Assembly (NCBI RefSeq): GCF_006345805.1
Contig: NC_043006.1
Span: 45,818,001 to 45,882,000, forward strand
DNA from: Octopus sinensis
Lineage: Eukaryota
Direction of reading: 5' to 3'
Length of the DNA stretch: 64,000 nucleotides
Shown: in pieces, positions 25,674 through 36,400 of the stretch
How the letters are laid out: each line of letters opens with the position of its first letter
Numbering within the stretch: the stretch's first letter is position 1
The notes under the pieces: model-generated
What the model saw: only the letters and a program-made list of their open reading frames with translations
What the model was told of the DNA's origin: nothing
Database searches by the model: none
Program-made: the position numbers and the translations under genes

Positions 25674-26238
25674 ATGTATTTATTTGTGTGTCTGTGTTTA
25701 CATCCTCGTAACTTAGCGGTTTGCCTGCATGGACATTCAGAAGAGTGGACATGTTTTTTTTCTCTCTCTCTTCTATCTTTTCTCTTTTCAAAAAAAAAAA
25801 TGTTTCTCCCAGCATTCACTATTTTCCTCTCATTCTGGTCTAATGATCCTACATGTTTATTTACGTTTGGTTTCCTTGCATGTCTCCACTGTCATGTTTT
25901 TGTTCCCAACTTTGACCCTCCGTAAATCCTAAATTATATTTTAGAATTTATGGGAGCAACTGTCTTCGATGAGAGGCATACTGTTGTTGAATGCTCGAAA
26001 TGAGGAGTAGATAGACAGCTGACAACTGATGAAGGGTCCTTTCTCTATATTTACTTATCCTGTTTTTCCATTTTTCTCTTGTTTATGTATTTCATGTTAT
26101 TTCCACCATTGCATATATATATATATATATAAAGTAAAAAGGGAGAGCAAGTACGGTTAGGCAGCTTTGTAATGTTTCGATAGATACAGATCCTTGTATA
26201 TACAGGATTTAAAGTTGAACCTTGCTCTTAACCCTCAT

Positions 26239-26291
<53 letters not shown>

Positions 26292-27042
26292 TATAGATAT
26301 ATGTGTGTGTGTACATTTCTCTCTTTGCCTTTGATCCGTTCATACAGAACACACCTCAACTATATAGACATATATATACAAGTTTCTTTCAGTTTCCGTC
26401 TACTAAATCCCCTCACAAGGTTTTGGTCAGCCCGAGGCTATAGTAGAAGACACCTACCCAAGGTGCCACACAGTGGAACTGAACCCGGAACCATGTGGTT
26501 GGGAAGCCAGTTTCTTACCACACAACTACGCCTGCGCCTATATTTTATATAAATTTGTTTTTTTTAAATTCTATTATATCTTTCTTAATTCATACATTGT
26601 TTTCTCTTTCTTAGAATGGCAATGATGATTGGAATGATAATAATTATTGTGAAGATGATAATAGTGAGGAAAATGATGATGGTGAATGAAACAAAAACAA
26701 AAAAAATGTTGTTATTTGACCCCAGGTCATTCCCGATCAAAGACATTCTATTCATTATAATCATCCTGTCATTTGCTTTGGGGCCCACATTAAATTAAGT
26801 CTTCACCACCATTTTCTCTGCTTTTATATGATGGTAGGGTGGGATTTGAAGATTTGGTTGCTATTTCTAGTAGATTGTGTAACTTTAGAGACTGTTTTGT
26901 TGATTAATCATTTGATTTGTATGTATATGTATTTTTATGTATGTGTATGTATATATGTGGATGTATGTATGCATATATATATGTGTGTGTGTGTGTGTAA
27001 ATATGTATGTATGTATAAATCATCATCAATTAATGTCCGTTC

Positions 27043-27069
<27 letters not shown>

Positions 27070-27087
<18 letters not shown>

Positions 27088-28350
27088 GTATGTGTGTGTA
27101 TATATATATATCTGTATATGTTTGTGTATATATCTGTATATGTGTGTGTATATATATGTATATGTATATATGTGTGTATGTGTGTGTGTATATGTGTGTG
27201 TGTATATATGTGTATATGTATATATATATATGTATATACATGTGTGTATATATATACACACATACACACATATATGCAGGTAGGTACTGTAAGTTTCGAG
27301 GGAATACTTGATAAGTGTAAGCACCTGTATATGCCAGATAGTGGCAGAGGTGAGAGAATATATATTAAACATAAATTGAAAACAGAATCCTTTGTGTTCT
27401 GTTTTCAATATATATATGTATATACATGTGTATATACATATATGTATATATAAATTTAAAGTAAACAGAAAATGTAGAAATGTTGATGAACGACAATTGA
27501 CTTGATTATTACTTTTTAATACAAATAGACCTTATCCCATCTAACAGCTGCTTCCAATGTTTCACGGTGTTGCCATTGAAAATTCTGAAAATACTATTCA
27601 TCATATTTGATAACACATCCCATCTGGAACATGGAGCTTCATCAGAGTGAAAAAACAGTGCAGAAAAGAAAAGAAAAGAGCCTCGAGAAGAAGAAGAAAG
27701 GCTTTATATATGTATATACACGTGTATATGTGTGTGTGTATATATATATATCTGTATATGTTTGTGTATATAGTGTATATATCTGTATATGTGTGTGTAT
27801 ATATATGTATATGTATATATGTGTGTATGTGTGTGTATATGTGTATATGTATATATATATATGTATATACATGTGTGTATATATATACACACATACACAC
27901 ATATATGCAGGTAGGTACTGTAAGTTTCGAGGGAATACTTGATAAGTGTAAGCACCTGTATATGCCAGATAGTGGCAGAGGTGAGAGAATATATATTAAA
28001 CATAAATTGAAAACAGAATCCTTTGTGTTCTGTTTTCAATATATATATGTATATACATGTGTATATACATATATGTATATATAAATTTAAAGTAAACAGA
28101 AAATGTAGAAATGTTGATGAACGACAATTGACTTGATTATTACTTTTTAATACAAATAGACCTTATCCCATCTAACAGCTGCTTCCAATGTTTCACGGTG
28201 TTGCCATTGAAAATTCTGAAAATACTATTCATCATATTTGATAACACATCCCATCTGGAACATGGAGCTTCATCAGAGTGAAAAAACAGTGCAGAAAAGA
28301 AAAGAAAAGAGCCTCGAGAAGAAGAAGAAAGGCTTTATATATGTATATAC
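27070..28350. repeat. 631-bp near-identical tandem duplication
   Basis: Identical blocks at 27607/28238 and at about 27272/27903; junctions lie in TA/TG microsatellites. Confidence 0.85.
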
Positions 28351-28593
28351 ACGTGTATATGTGTGTGTGTGTATATATATATGTGTGTGTGTGTATGTAT
28401 GTATATATATATTTTTTTGTATATGGATGTATATTTGGATATATATATATATATTTGTATATATGCGTATGTGTATATATTTGGATATATATGTATATGC
28501 ATATATATTTGTATATATGTGTATGTATGTATATCTTTCTGTAAATGTATGTATGTGTGTATATATATATGTATGTGTGTGTATATATATATA

Positions 28594-28674
<81 letters not shown>

Positions 28675-29147
28675 ATCTTTCTGTAAATGTATGTATGTGT
28701 GTATATATATCTATATATATATATCATCATCATCATCGTTTAATGTCCACTTTAAATGATGATGATGATGATATATGTATCAGGGTCGTGCTGCCTAGGT
28801 AAGGAAGTTAGGCAGTGCCTACCTTAAATAAAATAGATAAATAGCCAAAATTTCCTGTTATGGTATAAAATGCAAAATATCCTTTTTTCTTCTTTAGGTA
28901 AGCATAATTTATCCCTGCTTTTCAAACTCAGCATTAAAGCTATGCATCATCCTGCTGTAGTACACATGCTGCGTACATTCCCACAACACTATTTTCTTTA
29001 CATACTATAAAGGCAGAAATAAATCTGTCTTCGACTCAGTCGCACACCTGTGTTTCGCTTATTTTTTTGCGTGCTTTACTACGTGAAGGTCGCCAACTGC
29101 CATGCCCTGAGTAATTAGTGACAGAATGTGCCTAATATATATATATA

Positions 29148-29354
29148 GTTAATCCAAACATGAAAACACAAAGTGAAAACACAACAACGTGAGGACGTGG
29201 AACAAATATAGTATTATTGGACGCTCAGGAAGGAAGGGAAGGAGGAGGGTTTAACGTTTCGAGCGGAGCTCTTCGTCAGAAACATAGGAAAAGCAAAGAT
29301 CCAGAGAAGGGAAGACGGAGGGAAAAAAACTGTCAATGGTACACACGCGGTCAC

Positions 29355-29357
<3 letters not shown>
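29148..29357 (-). mobile_element. Short Penelope-like pLTR remnant inserted in a (TA)n tract
   Basis: About 210 bp of complex sequence bounded on both sides by (TA)n, carrying the minimal hammerhead. Confidence 0.6.
29249..29283 (-). ncRNA. Minimal type I hammerhead ribozyme (Penelope-type)
   Basis: Minus strand reads GUUU-CUGACGA-A-GAGC-UCC-GCUC-GAAA-CG-UU-AAAC: stems I and II and the core are present; stem III is reduced to the ACGU palindrome. Confidence 0.75.
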
Positions 29358-29392
<35 letters not shown>

Positions 29393-29523
29393 GTAGTTAT
29401 GTATACATAGCAAATTATACAAGCCCATAAATAAGTTTGTAATTTTGCTATGTCCCATCATTTGTCATAATATGATATGCAAGTTGTTACACTTGATCAT
29501 TTGATATCATGCAACTCAGTGTA

Positions 29524-29554
<31 letters not shown>

Positions 29555-29796
29555 TAAATCTATAAATTTGTAGTCTTTCCATGTCTTATAAAATATCATG
29601 CAAAACAATGTGATAGACTGGAAATTCTGCTGCTGTCAAAATATTTACTTTCCTTTTCTATTGTTCTGAGTTCAAATGACATCAGCTTCATCTGATAAAA
29701 TAAATATGAGGCTCGTAACTAGTATTGATGTGAATCAGTGTCACCTTTCTTTCAGAAATGGATGACTATTTTTTCTTAAGTATTATTTAGGGTGAT

Positions 29797-30170
29797 GCAG
29801 GAGTGGCTGTGTGGTAAGTAGCTTGCTTATCAACCATGTAGTTCCGGGTTCAGTCCCACTGCATGGCACTTTGGGCAAGTGTCTTCTATTATAGCCTCAG
29901 GCCGACCGAAGCCTTGTGAGTGGATTTGGTAGACAGAAGCTGAAAGAAGCCCGTCGTATATATGTATATATATATATGTATGTGTTTGTCACCCCAATAT
30001 CACTTGACAACCAGTGCTGGTGTGTTTACGTCCCTGTAACTTAGCGGTTCGGCAAAAGAGACCGACAGAATAAGTACTAGGCTTACAAAGAACAAGTCCT
30101 GGGGTTGATTTGCTCGACTAAGGGTGGTGCTCCAGTATGGCCACAGTCAAATGACTGAAACATGTAAAAA
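29797..30170 (+). mobile_element. SINE family A copy just upstream of the coding-exon acceptor
   Basis: Full-length match: gcaggagtggctgtgtggtaag ... cagtcaaatgactgaaac. Confidence 0.85.
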
Positions 30171-30316
30171 AAGTATGAAATTTGTAAAGAGAAGGGGGAT
30201 GATTGCATTTTGGTCAAATTTGCACGAAACTTACTGTATTTTTAATTATTTAATTTTAATTAAAACTAATTGTAAAATTAGTGATTTTCTCATGTGGCAT
30301 TGTTTTGTATATGAGA

Positions 30317-30342
30317 ACTAATTGTCGTTTCTTCTATTTCAG
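30317..30342 (+). promoter_or_regulatory. 3' splice acceptor in front of the zinc-finger exon (implies upstream non-coding exon(s))
   Basis: Branch-point-like actaat, pyrimidine tract and AG (actaattgtcgtttcttctatttcAG), about 60 nt upstream of the ATG, where low-complexity AT-rich DNA changes to exon-like sequence. Confidence 0.7.
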
Positions 30343-30346
30343 ATAT

Positions 30347-30436
30347 ATGAATTGTGTGCATCTGGCAGTGCTGTCGTACTGCAGAGCCTGCACTGTGCAA
30401 CATGGCCGACATCGAGGAACACAGTCGAGCTACTGA
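30347..30436 (+). promoter_or_regulatory. Upstream ORF (29 codons) overlapping the main start codon out of frame
   Basis: ATG at 30347 reads MNCVHLAVLSYCRACTVQHGRHRGTQSSY to TGA at 30434-30436, spanning ATG 30402. Confidence 0.55.
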
Positions 30437-33400
30437 AGACAAAGAATCTGAAACTCAAGTATTATCTGTAGAAGATAACTCATTAAAGGGAGGACGCAAC
30501 CGCATTTGTAAACAGTGTAAATTTACATGCAAAGATTCTCGAGAGTTCTCGCAACACCAGTTATCTGCCCACGGTGAATCGGAAGATACTCATTGCATTC
30601 AAAACTCCGTATCCAGCAACAAAGACAGCAACAATAACAGCAGCAACACCACTGGTAACAATACATATCGAAGAAACAGTGCCAAACCTTGCAGCCCCCA
30701 GATTGGGAATTCTAAGCCTGATTTCTTTATCAACAACAACATCAACAACATTTATAAGATGAGCCGAGAAGAGGACGATGAAAACTCTGACCACATTTAC
30801 AGGGATACTGAGGACGATGAACTAGAAGACCGACTAATAATAGCTGAAGACCAAGATGATTCCTTTTCCCATACTCCAATAAGAAGTGGCAATATCCAAA
30901 ACCGAACGTATATCTGCCCTTTTTGTGATTTTTCATCAACTAGTGCAAAAGTTTTCTTGCATCACCAAAAAGATATCCATGGAAAAGACTTCACCATTTA
31001 TGAATGTGATGTGTGTGATTATGCAACTAAATACAAACAGAAACTTCCTCGTCATCGTAAGCTTCACTTTCCAGGCCTTGAGTTTAATTCTAGCTCAGTA
31101 GGTGTATTGGGGCCAATATCTTTGACAGGGGAAAACACTCAGGATACCTCTGACATTATCATAACATCTGAAGTGGATATCAGAAAAAGAGATGAAGAAA
31201 TGGAAGATGAATTAGATGATGAAGATATGGAAATAGTTATGGAAGACGGAAATGGGATTGACGACTCCCAGAAACAGAAAACAAAACGCACACGTCAAGA
31301 AGTTGACCCTGCAAAGTATATTGAGGTTATGGATGACGTTGGTATTAAGTATTCTTGTTCAAAGTGTGGAAATATTTATAAATGGCGCAAGTCTCTAAAC
31401 AAACATTGGAAAGAAAAGCATGCTGATGAGAAACTAGACGGTATTAAACAAATTTCATCTCCTCACAATCCAGTGAAACTGGGAAATATAAAACTTAATC
31501 ATGAAATGATTAGGAAGGACTCGTGTGAAAAGCTCATTTACAAAAAGGAAGGCCAATCGAACGGTTACGCTGATGATGGCAGAGTGTGTCACGAAATATC
31601 AGGAGTCAGTGATTGTGTTATGCCTAAGATGATTGGACCATTTGTCACTAACTCTTACATATCTGTCTACTCAACAGAAAATGGTCAATCTTCTGGTCCA
31701 GCAAATGCGGACCAAGGAGTACTTGATTTATCGAGGAAGACACCGACATCTCTATCATCCAACACACAGCGAGAACCAATTGACTTCTCATTTAAAAAAG
31801 AACCCTATCCTTCAGCTAATGTCTCAGGAGTCATGTCTATAAAAGCTGAACCTATATGGGATAATGAACAGGACATGTCTGAGGGTGGAGATGATCGAAA
31901 ACAAACATCTCCAGTTTTACAGTGTCCAAGGTGTTCGTTTGTTGCAAAAACTTTTATCGATTACAGTTCCCACATGGCAGTTCATCTAAATAAAAGGGCA
32001 TTTAAATGTGCGGAATGTCAGCAGCATTTCAATTGTGTAGAGGAACTAAACAAGCATTTCGCTGAGATCCATGTTAAAAAGATACATGAACATAGAGATG
32101 TAATCCAGAAAATTCCACATGGACTTCAACAAACTTACCATTTACTACGCATGCCATTGTCTTCAAATGAGTTTAATTGTACCGAACAGCGTCAGTTGAA
32201 GTGCAGCCGTTGTGATTTTGTAGCAAAGTGGCCAGCTGAATTGCAAAAACATGCTGTCTCTCATTCTGAAGAACGTCCATTTATATGTATGGTGTGTGGT
32301 TCGACTTACAAATGGAAGTGGGATTTAGTGAAGCATTTTGAGAAAAGTCATTCGACTCTAACTAATCCCTATAAACGTAGAGCAACAATTTTAGGATCTA
32401 ATATTTCCGAGCCGACTATTTCTAGAACAGCCGATGCACTTGTAGATAGCCGAAGCCTTGACTCAATAATTTTGCCTCCCAAAAAGAAACGTAGGTTGTC
32501 TGAAACTGACTTGACAGGAATTCACTCTAAATATTTAGATTTGGAAATAAGAAGTGACAATTTGCGTCTTTCCAGATCTTCACATAGCAACAGATCTTCT
32601 CCCCTATTCTTTCGTGAAAGGTCATCCTCTGTTCCACCTTATTTGAATAACTTTCCCGAAAGGATTCGCTACAACGAAAGAGACTCTGATGATAACAGTA
32701 TGACTGGTCTTCAGATCACCAATGTCTATTCATTAGTGAAAGACAAAACATCCATCTCTCAACCTGACTCTTTGGAAAGTTCATCATTATATACTTCTAG
32801 TATCCAGTCAACTGTTGATCGCCTGACAAGTTGTTCAGATCAATTTTTATCTTTTGAAGATCAACACAAAGCTGTTAATGCCGCTCTAAGACAGCGTATC
32901 AGTATGTCTTCAAATCGCAATAAGCGCCAGTCTTCTTTAAATCCCAGTGAGAAAGACAGATCCTGTGCTGACATTCTGTTACCGTACAAGTGCACATTAT
33001 GCCAGTATCGTGCACGTTGGCCATCAGAAATAACTCAACACATGAAGAACCATTCAGATGAGAAACCATTCTGTTGTCCCGAATGTAGCTATAAAAGCAA
33101 GTGGAAATGGGATGTCGTGAAACACATGAAACGATGTGGCGGAGGAACTGTGAAGGATGTCATTGACAACAGCAAGATGAAGATCGGACCACCCAATGTT
33201 GTGGTTACAATAAGAGAAGAACCAAATGATAACGAGAAAATGACAAAAGCACAAAGTAATCTTTTAATTAATGGAGATGCTAACCAGTTTTCTTTCAAGC
33301 CAATTATTCCTGGTAAAATGCCTCCTGTGACTATTGATATATCAGATAAAGTGTCGACTGATGTTGTTGACCCACCAGCTAAGCCACCCTCGGTTTTAGA

Positions 33401-36400
33401 CTTAAGAAAGGAATCAGTTTCAAAACCAAATCCCTATTTCCGTGACTTAATAAATAATGGTTTATATCATTGCTTAGAATGTCAGTTTGTTGGTCATAGT
33501 CCTGCTGAGCTGAAACGGCATGCATACCTACATTCCGAGGACAAGCCATATGTTTGCGAAGTTTGTACATATAGCTCTCGTTGGAAATGTGACCTTAAAA
33601 AACACATTCGTACATATAATCATTATGGTTCTGGCAATGGTTCCCAAATCGATAATATACAGAAGCATTCAAGTCCTGAGGCATTTGGAGATGTATCAGT
33701 ATCAGAGGAACCCAAAGTTTACAAGTGCAATCACTGCTTTTTTGAATCTGATTCTAAACTAGCACTAGATCAGCATACAGAGACACATGAGAAAGAAACC
33801 ATGAAACACCGTTGTTCAAAATGCAACTTCGTTTCAGATAATTCCTTTATTTTCTCCCAGCATCAATTAACTCACGAGAATACCAGTACTTCATCAGTTC
33901 CAGCTGCACCACCTCCAGTAGCAAACACCGCAAAGGTTTCATCTCGGACTCGTCACCTCAAAAACTGCCGTAGACCCATCAAACAATACCACTGTAGTAA
34001 ATGCCCGTATGTATGCTTAGACGACATGGATTTAGTTGTGCACAAAGAAGGACACAAACCTCAAGGTTCCAATGCATTCCAATGCTTCTTCTGTGATTTC
34101 AGTGTCCATCAGAAAATACAATTAATCAACCATCTTTATCTTCATCCAGAGTTTGAAACATCAGATAAATCCAAGTTGAATGAAATTCTTCACTATTCTC
34201 AACTCTCAGATGTCTGGCAATCTAATAAAGATAACGAAGATATGGACTTGATGTGTGATGATTCTTTGGAATATTATTCTAGCTCTGGCAATTATGACCT
34301 CAACAGAGAGAAGAAACTTGATGCAAATGACTACAAGAGGGAAGAGAGAGAAATGGAAGAGAAAGAAAATAGGTTTATAAATGGAATGTCTCCAATGCGT
34401 GACATGTCTTTGAAACGTCTACAGTGTGAATGGTGTGAGGCAGCATTTGCTCATATCAGTACTCTTTACCAACATGCCCGATCTGTACATCCAATTTTAC
34501 TTCAACAACAAGAGTACGAAAACAACATAAAGTACGATGATCTACCTCCACCACCACCTCCTCCCAACTATAATGGCGTTGCAGTGAGTCAGAATTCAGC
34601 ATTTAACCCAATTCTACCCAAAGTTATTCAGACTCCTAAAAAGGTCTTACCTACCCAGCTTACTAAGCCCCAAAAGAATCCGAGCCCTGGAAAGACTGGT
34701 GGTCCTTTTAAATGTCAGAAATGTCCTTTCATTGGTGCCAGTTCAAATACGTATTCTCGCCACATGGAAAGGCACGGCAGCAACTGTAAGCACACCTGTT
34801 TGTATTGTGATTACAGTATCGACAGACTTAATCTGCTGCATCAACACATGCGTGGCAGTCATGGACATGATGTGAAACAGTCACCGTTGAACAGCTCTGC
34901 CTCAGATAAAACTTCACCCAATGGGTCTCATAAACAAGAGATGGGAAGTAGAGTGATACTGTCGACACCAACCTACATTCAGAAAAGTGATGGAAGTAGC
35001 GAATCTCATTTAAGGCCCATAGCTCCCAAACCTGTGGAAGGTGCACATCCTGAGATTTCGCCATCTTTACCTATTCTTGAAAATGGACCAAATGGAAAGT
35101 ATATGTATAGATGTCCAAATTGTTCTTTTTGCAGCTCCAAAGTTGCTAACACCTCAGCGCATATTCGTACTCACTATATCGGCAGTAGTTTCGTAGATAC
35201 CAAGAAATATGGAGAGAAAATCCCTGAGTTAAGCTATACCCCTTACCTCTCTGATACAACAAACAAGAAATTCAATAATAAATTAGATAACCCAATGAAT
35301 GCAAGACCATTAAATTGTGATTGCAGTGACATGTCAAATCTGTCAAAGACTCATCAACCTATGAAGATTCCTCCAAAGAATATGCTGCTCTGTCTACAGT
35401 GTCCATTTAAGACGACCACTAAAGAATCTTTGCAAGAACACCAAGAATTTCATGGTTATAAAGGTCAGTATCGCTGTAGTGAGTGTAATTTTAGTGTTGA
35501 TCATGTCAACCTTTTCTGTGACCATTCTGCTTTACACTCTGCCAGCAACTACAACAGCAACCAGAATCCTAATAATAATGATAACAACAACAACATTAAC
35601 AGCATCGGTAACAACAACAACAACAATAATAATATCAGCAGTATGAATACTTCCCAAATAAATTACAGGTCTAACGAAGAAGCTAATAATAAAAATAATT
35701 CACAAAAGATGGGTGGAGACCACTTTCACCCTAAATATGACAACAGTGAACGGCGTGGTAAATTGAACCTACAACAAATGTTAAAGCAAGTGAAAATGGC
35801 TGGCAGAGTGCGGTACAAGTGTTCACGTTGTCCATATCGAACATGCTGCAAGAATAATATCATTAAACATCGTAAACAACACATAGTGAACAGTCGTTAC
35901 AAGTGCCAATACTGTAACTATAGCGCTGCACGCAAGTACTTGTTGCAGCAGCATTTAAAATTCCATCGTGATGAAGCCAGCGAACAAGAAAAAGAATTCC
36001 AAGATGTTGTACTTGATCCTTATGATGAGAATTCTGTGAAAACTCTCAAGGAATCGTCTGATTATAACAAAGACTTGTTGACTCCAAAAACATTTGATAA
36101 TTATAACAGAAGAAAGAAACCAAGCTCAGGTGAAAGTACTTCCGTCCCAATGTCTCTAATGATTAGAGCCAATACTGAAGGAGATGGTGATGAACAAAGT
36201 GATATGCTCGAAGATGAAGAAAAACATTTGTCTGGTGATCAAAGCTATGAAAGCAAAAGGCGAAACTTTCATTGCAGTCTTTGTCCGTTTAGTTGTAACA
36301 CTGCAGTTGTATTTCAAAGACATTCACAGTTCCACAATGCCAGCCTAAAGTACAAATGTGATTTTTGTAATTACAGTGTCGATCGGCTTAACCTGTTGAC

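Noticed and set aside
26828-28802. Many 80-170-aa ORFs rich in Y, I, C, V, H and T
   Set aside because: Translations of TA/TG microsatellites; the same applies to similar ORFs across the window.
30354-30401. 16-codon N-terminal extension from GTG in the ORF track
   Set aside because: Eukaryotic locus; the first ATG (30402) has strong Kozak context, and an in-frame stop at 30348 rules out upstream coding continuity from the 30342 acceptor.
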